DNA of 64,000 nucleotides, taken from the NCBI GenBank assembly GCA_028534125.1, contig CM052816.1, forward strand, positions 71,860,001 to 71,924,000, read 5' to 3'. Shown here one piece after another: positions 50,155 to 63,363 of the stretch (positions within the stretch are counted from its first letter, which is position 1; each line of letters opens with the position of its first letter). The position numbers were made by a program, and so were the translations under genes. Source of the DNA: Lama glama. Taxonomy: Eukaryota. The notes under the pieces are model-generated. The model was not told the DNA's origin. It searched no databases and was given only the letters and a program-made list of their open reading frames with translations.

Positions 50155-50492
50155 TCAATTTGTCCTGAGCTCCTTCAAGTGTGACATAAATGCCACCTTC
50201 AGAGTGAGGCCTTCCTTGAATTTTTCCAGAAGCAATGGCACATCCCCACCCCAGCTACTAGCTTGGGAAACTCTGTTTCCCTTTTGCGCTTGACTTTCCT
50301 TCATAAACGTGTGATCTGACACACTACGTATTTTCTGTATTTATTTGCTTACCGCCCGTCTTGTTCCCCAGTGGAACGTGAGCTCCTTGAGGTCAGGGGT
50401 ATTTGTAACCGTTCTCTAAGGTATTCCCAGCACCTACAAATGTGCTTGGCGTATTGTAGTCACTTGGTGAATATTGGTTGAATTTATGGATA
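50155..50492 (+). mobile_element. L2a 3' region
   Basis: aaatgccaccttcagagtgaggccttcc...aacgtgagctccttgaggtcaggg...tgtgcttggcgtattgtagtcacttggtgaatattggttgaat. Confidence 0.85.
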
Positions 50493-52724
50493 ATTTTTTA
50501 TTTGTTGCATGTAGCTCATATGAACTTGGGTATAATTGTTGACATTCAAAGGACGCAGCTTTTTGATGCTGATCATGAAACGTTGCATTAGGTGACAGGT
50601 AACTTCAGCTTGCTAAATCTAACCAGATTTCAGGTATTCAGAGAACATGCAATACAAATAGACTGACAATTAAATTAAGTTTTCTGGAGCATGACCTTGA
50701 AAAACATGTAGAGTAGATAAAATTGACCTCTAAGCTCTCTTTTAGGTAAAATATTTCCAGTACCCTCCTACCCACTCCTGATTGCTCAAATTCCCTTATT
50801 TCTGAAAACCACTCAATTTATCCTCTTAGGAAGCACTCCATTTTTAACACATTTCAAAGCTCCAATCTGCTCTACATTTTGTCTGGTCCTGGTCCTGGCC
50901 CTGGCCCTGGCCCTTTTTATTCCTCTTTTCTCGTAAATAGAGCTAGAAAGTCTCATCACCTTGTTCCCATAGTCCGTACAGATGTGCTGGGTATCATGAC
51001 CTCTGTCCCCCTTAGTAAACTAGTGAGGATGTATTTATGGACCACTGAGTGACAACATTATCCTTAAAACCACTTCAGTGGGGGAGAACATATGTTTAAA
51101 CTCCTACTCTACTCAATGTTTAGGAAGGGTTGGAATAGAAAAAAGGAAGAGAGGAAGGGAATTTCATTACAAGATTGGGGCAAGCATCTCTGTCTCGAAT
51201 GGTGTCTAGGATCGTCTTCTATTCCTAAATCTAGTTTCCGAGCAAATAAAAAGTTGATTATCCAAAAGCAGATGGACAGGAATAGTTTCAGAAAGTCATT
51301 CTGTTTACCCTCCCTGATTGTAATACATATTCTGTGAACATCTATCTGTGTCCAGAGAACAGTGCACATACTAAATATAAACCCTTGGAGATTCTGAGAG
51401 TGAAAGAAAGACTGGGGCAAGGTGTAGACCTCTCAGAAACTGCGTTTCTCTGGTGGATTCCATTACCGTGTGAGTTAACTGCCGAAAATGTGGTTGCGGT
51501 AAAATGTCAAAAAGTCATGGTTTCCTTCCTCGATGTCTTTTTAAGATTTTCTCTTTCTCTAGAGAACCTCTTGTCTTGAATTAGAGAAATTCTTTATTTA
51601 GTATAAAAGTGTTTCCACTATCAAATTTATGACTTCTAATTAATTCATTTTGCTGACTGCACTCTTTCGAGAAGATCATTTCCTTTTGAATGCAGGCAGC
51701 AACCTGAAAGATGACACATTTTGTCTTCTTTCTACACCCAAATGTAAACAATTATGATAACCTCTTGCTATGTGGGAGGTGGCTGTCTAGTGTGATCATT
51801 AAATTACAGCTCCTGTATTGTTTCTCTTTGGTTAATGTTCATCCTAATTTGATAGACTAAATTGTATGTGAGGCGGAAAATTCCTATTTGTACTTACAAA
51901 ATATAGTTTAGCAAATTGCTCTGTGACACCATTCATTTTGTTTCATGAACATTTGTGTTGGAAAATGAAGACAGTTCTTTTTATTAGTTGTGCTGAGTTC
52001 TTCTGTATAAAGAGACCAAAACCTTTCATATATTATATTACGTATTATATTCATATATTATATTATATGAAATTATACATATTAGCCTTATTAACAAATA
52101 CAGCTAAGGGAACTAATGAGAGTTATTTCACCCACTTCACTAAGAGTAAATTGATCTGTAAAGGTTAGTAACCTTCATCAACATCACACATCATGTTAAA
52201 GACAGACTCAAAGACAGAAGTTGCCTCCTACAATTCCTTGGCCCACGTTTTGCCTGCTGGATCACACCTGGATCCAGCTACAACTCTTCCAAATGGTGGC
52301 TTTTTGAGGCAGACTGCCTCTGAGACCTGGAGAGTTTCTTTTATGTCATTTCCTCCTTTTTACCTCAATGTCTGCTTGGTCCGTGGTTAGCACATGCCTG
52401 CCCCAGCCCTTCCCAGGACACAGCAGTTGTTAGCATTGTTCAAAGGGACATGTATGTTCTGGCAGTGCTACTGATCCTGAGGACCATGATTCATATTTTA
52501 CTGCTGCCTTACTGGGTTGCTTTTATTGGTGGTTTTATTGCCCCCATCTATTTATTCAGAAGGTGTCATTTTGCAAGTACAAACATAAAGATGAGAAAGC
52601 AAATGAGGAAAAGAAATAGACCGTGTGTGACTTCGGAATGAGTTTAACAAACTGTATATTTCAGGTTTCCAAATGTATTTCCCTGAATGCCCTCCGACAT
52701 CCACGCCAGGAAATAAGTATATTG

Positions 52725-52920
52725 TATAAATAGAATCAGAGACCATCAGAACCATAGAATCAGAGACCATCAGAAGGAATCTGAGAATTAACCTGTGAAA
52801 CACTGTCACTGTACAGGTGAGAAACTGAGGTCGAGAGCAGGTGAGAAACTGATTTGCCCAGATTCACATGGCTGGTTCAGATGTGAAGAGAAGCCAGCTC
52901 TTTCTCCACAAACCTACTTT
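52725..52920 (-). mobile_element. MIR SINE carrying a local tandem duplication
   Basis: gtacaggtgagaaactgaggtcgagagcaggtgagaaactgatttgcccagattcacatggctgg. Confidence 0.7.
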
Positions 52921-54100
52921 GCACGTTTCTGTGCATCTAAGAACAGGTGCTCGGTTAAGTCCTTAGTGATTGATAGCAAACCCATTGGCTGTCTGCACTT
53001 CATTGAGCAGTGTGCCATGGGGACAGAGAAGGGGAGTTCTGAGGAAGGAAAATATTATTTTTTTTTTCCTAAAAGGGAGTTTTGTTGATCTCAGTGTTGT
53101 TGGGCTAGAGTCCTGGAGAGCTGGAAAAAGCCAAAGGAGCTTATAGGAGGTATTTTTTCTGTTTTCTTAGATGCTTTTACAAATATCTCACAGGAGATAA
53201 GACTCTTGGTTAATAATACTCAATCTATCTATCATGAACTATTTACTAACTGTATAATATGTATGCAGCCCTATATTCCAGAAAAGTGAGGTGTGCCAGG
53301 AAAATGGGGCTTGAAATCAATGGGGTTTTTTTCTTTTTTTTTCCATATTTCCATTCATCATCACATTCCCAGGTTTCTTGTCTGGAAAGTGGGATAATAA
53401 CCTCACACAGCCTGGTTAGAAGAACCAAAGTTGAAATTGAAGTTATGTAAATTAAGTAATTGTCAAGAATTGTCAAGCTGTGATTGCTATGTAATCAATT
53501 TTTATTATTTTTAAAAATCTTTTAACTTAAAAAGAAATGTATATTTATAAAGGTGCAGGGTACAGAAGTGTCTAAGGAAAAAAAAGAATATATATTTGAA
53601 TATTACTTCATGTGTAGTTAAATTGCTGGGGCTCCTCACTTGGGTCTGGACCCCTTTTGAAAGCGAATTGTCCATGACTTTTTTAAGAGACACCTCACAA
53701 GGTTGTCAACAACTCCTTTTCCTCTTAGAGCGTCAGCTCTGAAATTTTCATTTCATACATCTTATCTCTCATGTCCTATAAAACTTACTAAAAATGGTTA
53801 TCTACATTTTTTCTCTAGTTAGAAATGACCATTTTCATTCATTGATCTTGATTCTTTTTTATTCCATGATGTTTCCTATGGGAATTAGTAATGTAGTTTT
53901 CAGTGTTTTGTAGATTTCTACCTGTCAGCTGGCTACCCAATCTAACAGTAGATCATAGGCATCAAGAAGATATTGTGGAATTTTTAATAAAATACGTATT
54001 TTTAAATCACCGACTTAAAAATCAGTGACATTAAAACAAAAATAGGCTCTTTCATTTTTCTACTAGAAATTGCTTTTAAAATTAATTTTTTAAAGTAATT

Positions 54101-54206
54101 TATTTTTAGAGTTTTGTTTTTTTTTAATGGTGATACCAGGGGTTGAACCCAGGACCTCATGCATGCTAAGCATGTGCTCTACCACTGAGCTCTACCCTCC
54201 CACCCC
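54101..54206 (-). mobile_element. tRNA(Ala)-derived SINE, camelid Vic-1-like, short form
   Basis: Minus strand reads gggtgggagggtagagctcagtggtagagcacatgcttagcatgcatgaggtcctgggttcaacccctggtatcacc, then an A-rich tail. Possible TSD taaagtaatt/taaagttact. Confidence 0.88.
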
Positions 54207-54957
54207 TAAAGTTACTAGATACTGAGTTTAAAGTCATTATCTTAGAAGTAAATTTCTGTCCATTTTAATTAATTGAAGCATTTAAAACCAGATGAAAATC
54301 AAATATTTTCCATTTTGAGTTTTTTTAAATGAGTATTTTATTAACTTGAAATTCAGTATCAAATAGTTTATATTTTAAAATTTCTCTTCAGATGTATTTT
54401 TTAGTTCTCCAGTAAGTCTCGTTTACCATATCATAAATTATATATATGTCTGTGTACATGTGTACATGTATCAAATATTCTATACTGAATTTTTTTTTAA
54501 AAGTTAGTTTTATATATTACATATATACATATGCAATACATAAGATATTTAGGTTAGTATATACATAACCATAATACACATGTATACACACACACATATA
54601 GAGAATGAAGACCCTCACAGGACAATCTCTGAGGCTACAGAAATGAATCACAGAACACAATATGCAATGTTCTTAGATCAAAGGCAAGTTAAGTCAGTTT
54701 TCAAGCTGTAACTGTTACACAATCAGATTTTATTACTATCCAAAAAAATTCATTAAAAAGTAATGTATATTATGTATGTAATGTTTTCATTTTTTGTTTG
54801 CTCAATATTTGGGGCTTTTGAGGACTTTATTTGCTAATTCTATTTCATTTAATTCAACAACAGGTGTCTGATCTCTACTACAAAGGGCAATCCCTTATGT
54901 ATCTTACAACTAACAAACTCGACAATTTTTTTAAAAGTTTGTTTTTATTACCTCTGT

Positions 54958-54960
<3 letters not shown>

Positions 54961-54990
<30 letters not shown>
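54961..54990 (+). repeat. (AC)15 microsatellite
   Basis: Read directly. Confidence 0.97.
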
Positions 54991-54994
<4 letters not shown>

Positions 54995-55689
54995 TTTGTT
55001 TAGCTTATTTCTTCTTTAATTTTGCTGTTTCTTCTCTTAATGGCTACTGTAGCTCTGCTTTGTTTGGATATTTGCTCTCTTCAAACCTTCGTTGGATGTT
55101 TCTGCAGCTCACAGCCCCTGGTGCTATTCCTGAATAGTTCACGGAACTGTCACTATGTGGTAATTGATTGGGAGTGCATCTGTAGCTTGGCACTCAGAGG
55201 GGAAGTACTGCCAAGCAAGTCATCAATATTTGCCCCCACACAGCTGGCTTATCTTAAGTCCACACTAACATGCTCTGTCAGAAACGTCAGTGAGGATGCA
55301 CACTGAGGAGGTAGGACTCTGCCTTCCTGTATTTTTTCCTTTACCTCTCCTGGTCTTAGGAGCAAGCCCCACAGAAAAGAAACCTAAGATATAAGCAAGA
55401 AGACTAGAAAAATTAAACCATGCTCTATCATCACCAGTTGATGTGTCTGTAAAATTTTGGAGCAATTGCTCTGTTAGTGACTTCACTGAGGGTAAGCCTC
55501 CCAGAGGCCCTGGTCAAAGGAGCACAATGGCTGCAGCTGCATGAGGCTGGGTGGTTTCAACTTTCAGGCAACTGTCTGAACATAGTATTTTTATTTCCGT
55601 GTATATCGCCTGAGTTTCAATCTGAATAAACTCTTAAGACTCGAAGCAAACCTCAGCATACTAAGAGTTAGGAACGATTCCATCTGAAA

Positions 55690-56110
55690 CCAGAAATCAC
55701 CCACAACGTGTGCAGAAGGTGATCCAGGTTCGTGGAGAGACATTCATGCCATTTAACGAAAGTGAGCGGCAAGTTGGTAATTTTTTTAGAAAAAGTGGCG
55801 TGTTTTGCTTGGTTTTGGATTTCACTGCCACGGTTGTGCACAGATACAACTCCGACTATGGGTTTTATTAAGGGAATGTGTTTGTTCTTCACCAAGTTTG
55901 ATCACATCCACTTTTGGATTGAACTTAAGGGAATAAATAGCCATCGTGTCAAAAATCTTGGGAGCAAAATCAGTGTATGTGTTAAGAAGAAAAAGCAGTC
56001 TGGTGGCCCTTGCAGCAAACAGATTCAGGGGAAATCATGCTCAGAAAGTGAAAACGAGTCTTGTACTCTGGGTTTGTACTTCTGCGCGTGAAATATTAGA
56101 CACCGCAAAT
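55690..56110 (+). mobile_element. Fossil hAT (Charlie/Buster-like) transposase fragment
   Basis: RGETF (compare TxGEDIF), then W....LCTDTTPTMG...G (compare W....ICTDGAxxMxG...G; CTD at 55837-55845), HFWI........KNL (compare HCxIHRExLxxKxL), and CSE..E..TL (compare LCxEMxxExxxLL), all in the expected order. Confidence 0.5.
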
Positions 56111-57449
56111 AGAAATTAAGCCCTAGGTTTTCCCCTCAATTTGAGTTCCTATTTGCTTAGACACATAAAGAAACAAGAAGATGAAAGGTCAATGTATGAG
56201 GTTATTACTAGGGCTCTGCTCATAGCGTTATAAAAAGTAAATTTGAAAGAAAAAAAGAGGAAGTTTTACTACTTGAATGTATTGCCCTGGGCTTTGTGTT
56301 GCGGTGGTTGTTTTATTGATGTTGATGTCGCTGGTTTCCAAAGTCCGTATTTGAAGCCTGGACACGTAATGCAGGGGTCTTTTAAAAGTCGGTGTTTATC
56401 TAAGGGCTTTATAAGAGCAGATTTTAAGAATCTTGTTCTGTTCTAAGTCTGAATATTTTAAGTTCCTCTAGTTCCATCAGCTAAGAGATAAGTAGTTTAG
56501 AAGGTAACTGCTATGACCAGTTTCACTCTATGCAATCAGAATAATTATTAAAACATGACATGGAAATTTATCTCATTTCAAATTTGGAATATCTTTAAAA
56601 GAAAAATTACTGAATTCAGCACGTCTTTTCAAAGCTCATTTGTTCTTGAGTGTTGAAATGCATGGTTTGGTTTCAAATATAGCAGCAAGGCATTAAATGA
56701 AGACTATGGAATCACTAAATTAAAAATGATCACTAATGCTTAAGCATTCTAGAAAGTCATGACTAGGGGAAAATGTGAGTATTTTAGTGGGTATTTACAG
56801 TCAGTCTTACAAAGGCCTGTATCAACTGAGAGAACTCTATAAAACTAAACATTTTGTCTTGGGACATAAACACATTTTGAAATTTTTAAGTATCTTATAC
56901 AGAGAACAAACAAACTGATTTGGATTTGTGTAAGGATTATGTTTGTAGGAACACTAAACAGTACACTGAAGGATGAAGGTAATTCATACGGAAACACTTT
57001 AGAATATAAATACTATATCCAGTTTTAAAACATGCATAATGCACTGTACTCATGATTCCATGATAATCATATTCGCTTGCAGCCCTGATTCTTTCTTCAC
57101 CTCCCATTCTCCTAATCACGGTACCATAGAATGAGAAGCACATAGCCTAACCCCTTCACTTTACAGACAAGAAAATAGAGCTAAAATAAAATTTAAAATA
57201 CAATAGGGCAATCCAGTGGGAAAATTCTCTAAGCAGTCAAGAATAATATGCTTAACATGGAGACCTTGATTTCTGTCATTCTCCTTTGTGATAAAAGTAA
57301 CTCTGCTATGCCGGAAATAAATCAGAAAGTACACCCTGAAAGTACAAAGACAAGGAAACAAATAAGGAGTTGTACATTTAAAGGCAATGCAAAACCAATG
57401 CAAGGGGTATTTTTGCTTGTATTACTTCAGATTTCCACAAAATTAAAGA

Positions 57450-57670
57450 GCAACAAGTTTGCTGTGAGGAAGCTGAAATTCCAGCCCCAGTGTTCCCTGT
57501 CATATATCTGTTGATTGACTGATTTATGCTCTGTTGGTCTCTGTTTCCTTACCTCTAAAGTGGGTGTATTAATACCTACCCTGCCTGTGTGGCAAGGCCT
57601 CAGCAGAGATCAAATAAGACAATGGATTTGAAAGGCTCTGTAAATTCCAAAGCGCTACAAAATGACTGCT
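57450..57670 (+). mobile_element. MIR SINE
   Basis: ggtctctgtttccttacctctaaagtgggtgtattaatacctaccctgcc...ggatttgaaaggctctgtaaattccaaagcgctacaaaatg. Confidence 0.8.
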
Positions 57671-60600
57671 GTTAGCGTTGGTGCCACTTATAAATCTGTA
57701 TTGCTTTAGGTCAGACTTGTTGCCAAATGACACCAAATTGAGATTCTGGAGGATAGCCAGTTGATAAACACTGAAACGAAGGTATGCTTTCAATAAGTCA
57801 CACCTGTAGCCATTCCTCACTGTTCAGCTGACAACGGGGCCCCGCTTCGCATTACTTGGCAAGCCTCACTTCTTCAAAACCCTCTCTGGAACAGCGTAAG
57901 GCTGCCAAGGCCCCCGTGAGTCCTCAGCATGAACACCTGTCCTCTACCTACCTTCTGTTTTTCGAAGCTCTTTGCTTTCTCATTTATATATTATTTTTTA
58001 ATTGCGTCTCAGCCTTGCAACCTAGCACTACACAGTCTGGGCTTTTGAAACAAGACAATAACAATATAAAAGAGTAAAGGCAGCAAGTTCTGTACTGAAA
58101 GAGCTACCTCGGTGTAGAGAGTAAAGTCTACAAAAAAGCAGATCACCAATGCTTGTCAGAATGACAGGGAGGAGACGCTAATATAACTGGACTCTTGGCT
58201 TACAAAGGAGTTAAAAATGAAACAGCGCCAGCTTAAAATCAATATGAAATTCTATAGGCAGCCTTTACAAAGAAATCAGGGCAGGCATAATATGATCTCG
58301 GCGGCTCACTCTTGGGAAGAAACGATCACTCCATCGTGCAGCTCTAAGCTAAATGCAAAAGCCAAGTTCTCCTGAAAGCCCCCCTAAAATGGAATTACTG
58401 CAATCAGGCATGGTGGTCAGGAGGGCATGGATGAGATTGATGGGGTTATCAAGAGACAAATAAGGAGCGTGCCTATACAAATTGCTGAACAGAAAAGAAA
58501 AACATGTTCACGTAGCGTGTTTTTCTTTTTATCATTAACAATTTTCTTTCGAAGGACAGAATCAGATTTCTACTTAACCTACCAATGGGCTTTCAAATAC
58601 GCAGGCTCAATTAAACAAGAACAGGAAGGGCGCCACCGTCCTACTCAGAATGTCTCCCATCAACCTGAGTCTGTTTTCTGAGTGATGGTCACAAGCTGCC
58701 CTTCCTTTCAGACTTTGGGGCACTACTATGGCCTCTCACAGCTTGTCTGGGCTGTCCCGAGTATAGAAAAGCAAAGAAAGGAAATATCCACTTCACCTAG
58801 ATGTATGCAAATATATTAAAAAAAAAAAGGCTTCAAGGTTAATCAGAGACATTGAGAAGTCAAAGAATTGACAATTTTGATTTTTTTTTATCAGTTTCCT
58901 TGGTATAAAGGCTTTTTGAATGGTTGAAGCTGCTCCTTTGAATGGAGACCTTCAAACATAGACTTTTACTGGTAGGAGAACCCCAGAGAGTGCTCCAGCC
59001 TGGATTCTTCATTTTATAGCTAAGGAAACGGAGGCCCACTGAGGCTGCATATGTGATTTCAAAAAGTTAACACTGGAGCATAGCCAGGAACCTGTATCTC
59101 CCAGTTTTCTTGTCTCAGCCCAAAGTTTTCCTCCTCCCTTGCCTCTTGTCCAGAGTTAGCATAATTCTAGGCTCACCAATAAACAATGACCACAAAGGCT
59201 TTGGGTAATTAATACATCTCTAGATAATATTTATAGAAATGATCAACCAGAACCATATTTCTCACTGGTAAAACTTGTGAAATGAAAGCAAATTTTTTAA
59301 GGAAGAGAGGGGTAGAAAGTTTTCCACATTAAAGTTTAACTCCAGATAGATATAATCTTGAACTTATTTTCAAAGAGGTCCAAGTTTTATTTCGTTATTT
59401 GAAAACATAAGCTCTTGTCAAATTTTGAAGTGCTTAAAAATATTTCTTTGAAATGATCTCGGGATTCCAAGGCTGGACTGCCACTTATGCCCCATTCATG
59501 CATGTTTGTCAACAAAGACATCAAGAGGACCTAGAGAAGTAGCTTTAGTTGATGCCTGAATTAAGAATGGATTCTCTTCCATTCCAGATACTTACCAAAG
59601 AGGAATGTCATCACAGGGGTAATGTTGAGAGCCAAATGCCATAACCTTTTGCCTTGATAAATAAGTCAGGATCAGTATTCCTGGAACCCCTTTACTCCTA
59701 GAAAAGGGGATGGGGGGAGTAATCAATCCAGTTTCTTGTTTCTGCTCTCACAGCCAAAGCGCAACTCGATCACCTTCCCTTTCTTTCTAAGTCTCTTCGT
59801 CTGGTAGCTGAGGCCTGGATGGGGGAAGACTGTTGTCAAGAGGAGAGAAAACATACATGGTGAAAACACATGAACCCAGAGAAACCCACAGTGGAGCTAA
59901 AAACCTAGGGAAGGTAATCAGCATCCTACTGAATAAGATATTCCCCAAATTAGATATTGGGGATTTATTTATAGAGGGTTTCCCACGCCATCTCCTACTA
60001 TTTCATTTTCCCTGCGTTAACCTCATTTTCACCCATACCACCAGTTTTAGGTATGACAGCTCTACTCTTTTGGAAGTGACATATTATGATACATTAACGG
60101 AGTAAAACCAACAATCAAATTAGCTTAAATTGGACAGAAAACAATATTCAGTTTTACACATTTTCTAGAACTGAAGAACACATTTCTTTTAAGTCTTTAT
60201 TCTAAAAGCTGTTTATATCATAGTTAATATTTGTGATATATGACTTGAGAGAGATGAGTGTGTTTTTTTAATTGCAGCTTCATTTTTTTCCTGTAAAGAT
60301 GATTTTGATAAGTGATCTTCTTTGAAAGTTGGGAACCGAGAGGAAGATTAATCTAGCCCGGTAGAGGAACTAAAGTGGCAAAAATTGATTAAGGCATTAA
60401 AATATCTACAGTACGTCTAGAAAATATGAGCTGTCTCTAAATGGTCCCAGTAAATCACGAACCAAACTCAAAGGAAGCAGTTAAGAGTAGCTTCCCTGAG
60501 TAATAGAAAAGTTTTCAGGGTAAAGTATTTTGAAAGTGTCATTTTATTTTTATATACTGTGTAATCAGAGAGAAATACTGATACAGCTACAGCCCAGTAT

Positions 60601-61199
60601 TTTCTCTCTGGCTTTTCAGGAAAGAAAAATATCCTTGATGCACAAGTAATATTTATAATATAGATGATCATATAAATATTGCATCTACATACATATAAAC
60701 ACACAAATACATTTTATATCACTGGTGGCCAATTACGTGATGTAATTTAAGGAATCCTTCAAAATCTACTACCCACAGAGGTTGCCTCACAAGCTCCCCA
60801 TCCTGCTTGAAGCTCTGAATTTTGTATTTCTCTTCTAGGCTTTAGAAATGTTTTCTAATTCATTCTCTTGAAAAATAATGTTACTTGAGGAATGGCAATT
60901 AAAAGGATTTGTAGGGACAGGCAAGGCAATTAGCATCCCTTTTTATATTTGCACATTTGCCATATTCATTTGCTATGATGCAAGAAACAAATGAAATTTG
61001 TTTTTGGAAGTGGGAAAGGTTTGAAACACATTTTTTTTTCATGAGGCAAAGGAGTCGTGTATGACCTCACAATGGCAGTCCAGAGAGAAAGCAGAAAATT
61101 TGTGAGCGTTTGGGAGATTTCAAAGTAGGTCAAAGCAGCCTAAAAATAGAATTGAAATCAGAGTTTTCTCACTCAAACTGGGTTCACAGTGGCTCTCTC

Positions 61200-61720
61200 A
61201 AATCTTTTGATTTAACGCTTCCTTGGACTCATATAAATGTTCCCACATATTTCTCAAAAAAACTATGCTAGATATCTTAGCCCTCTTCAATCTCAATATA
61301 CCCCTCCTCTCTTTCACTCTGAACATATTAGCTTATTAGTTCATCATTTACTTTCCTTAGAAGAACAAAACCATCACAGTGAAATCCTCCTTCATATTCA
61401 GGGCTCAGCCCCACTTCCAGAGCTCCCCTTGTTTCTTTATAATGATCTGGTCCCCTAGTGCCTCTCACAGATACGACCTGTTCGTTATCTCCTAGCTCTT
61501 CCTCATGGTGAACCTCTCCCTCTTTTTCCATTGCCCTCAATACCATACTTTGGAAAAACATTTTTTCTTTTTTTCATCTTTTTCATGTTTTTCTACTCCA
61601 TCTTGAAGTTCTTCTCCTTTTCACTATGCTTTTTTCTCTTCTTTTCCTGCTAGACTTCTAAAATACTTGTCTCTGCTCCCACTGCCTTCTATCCAGTATT
61701 TCCATCCTGGCTCTGAAATC
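61200..61720 (+). mobile_element. Decayed L2-like pyrimidine-rich fragment
   Basis: CT-rich sequence with L2-like segments (e.g. cctcaataccatactttgg..., tccatcctggctctga). Confidence 0.4.
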
Positions 61721-63345
61721 TTCTTTCCCCACTTGCTAGTCCAAGAAAACTAAACAAAATATTTGACCCACGAGCCAATTTTATTGAATATTTAATAACT
61801 ACTTTTTGTATGTATGAACTTCTTCATAAAGTGGATATGCTAGAATCTCCCTATTAAGTTCGTTCTGTAACACTGATGTGCCCAAGTCTCAACATTTAAC
61901 AGGAATAATAAGCTCAGAAGTTTCATTAGTCTGAGATGAAATGAAGTTTTTCTCTAACACTGTATGTAACCTTCTATCATAGTGCAAAGAATTCAAAGCA
62001 CTACGCTCCAACTGTCTTCTGAGGGAAGTTCCTCCACTAACCACACCTCAGCAGATCTAGGCAGGTCCAAACGTGCCCCGAATGCTCCACTTTTCATATG
62101 TGAGATACAAGGCTGGTCATCCCATCTCATGACATCGCCTGCCAAGGAGCCAGAAATACCATGGTAAAGAAAGCAGGATATACTCTCAAGCAAACTCAGC
62201 AGAAAATGCATTATGTTTCTAAGTAATGTATTTTTTAATGGGTCATAGAAAAACCCAGTGGGAAGTCCTCGGATTCAGAATTATCTACCACAACCATAGA
62301 GCTTTGGGGCCATAATTGCCTAAAGAATAATTTCAGTAAGAGGACATATGGAGGCACAAATTTTTCTGGATGGCTGAGTGCCTTATTTCTCCTGAATCTA
62401 TAGCTATTTGACAATCTCTGTATGCTTTACAGATGAAAGGATGATGCCTGGCTAGAAGCAGGGAGACACATGATATACATATGGCATACATGGACTATCT
62501 ATGTAAGGGTTGCCCAAAAAAAAAAAATCCTTTGCCTCCTGAACTATTTGAATTCTCTTCTGAATGATGGACACCTACCTGTTCCTGCAATCTTATTTAC
62601 ACGGCCTCCTCAGGAATAATTTGTTAAAATAGAAATAATGTTTACACTGCTCAGGTAACCAAAAGGAAACCCTTTATTTCACAAGCTGCATACATAAGGG
62701 CTCACTGGATCCAATATCAAAGCTTTTTACTCTTTACCAACTTTCTGCTCACTAACTAGCCGGTCTGGGCTCTCAGTCTAATCTCCTGTGTGAGCAGCAG
62801 GAAGACTTCAGGCACAGCTAACCTACTGATCACTCCATCCCCCTTTTTACCTCACTGAGAAAATACTTAAGAACAATTGAGATATTTATTTCTCTTTCAT
62901 CAATCTTTGTTTCTCTTTCTAAATCTATAGATGAGCCAAAATATTGATAAAATTCCCATTCTATTAATTTTCCTGAAAAACTTTCTTCCTAACACCAACA
63001 TCATAATTGAAATAACTAGAAATTGGTTATCTACAGAAGGTCAAGTTCTCTCCAATTATCTAATCAGAATGTCTTCATTATTCTTACACGTGAGCTTTTC
63101 TGTGAACAAGCTAATATCATTTTTTGAAAAATTAGGTATGAACATTCCTTTCATAACCAATATAAAGATAAATATTCTCTCTGCACTGGTAATAGCATAG
63201 AGGCATATGTTTCAGGGTCTAAGTCCCTTAATTCAGAATTCTTCTTAAGAAGTTCGTTCGCTTGTTGGTTATTTATAGTCAAAAAGAAATGTTCAACATC
63301 AATGATGCTAAAATCACACTAACTGCATCTCCTTCCTTTTATCAC

Positions 63346-63363
63346 CAGCAGCAGCAGCAGCAG
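63346..63363 (+). repeat. (CAG)6 trinucleotide repeat, non-coding
   Basis: Six perfect CAG units, not within any supported ORF. Confidence 0.9.

Noticed and set aside
50883..50912. (CTGGYC)5 hexamer repeat as a G-quadruplex
   Set aside because: The minus strand has only three GGG runs; it is a simple short tandem repeat.
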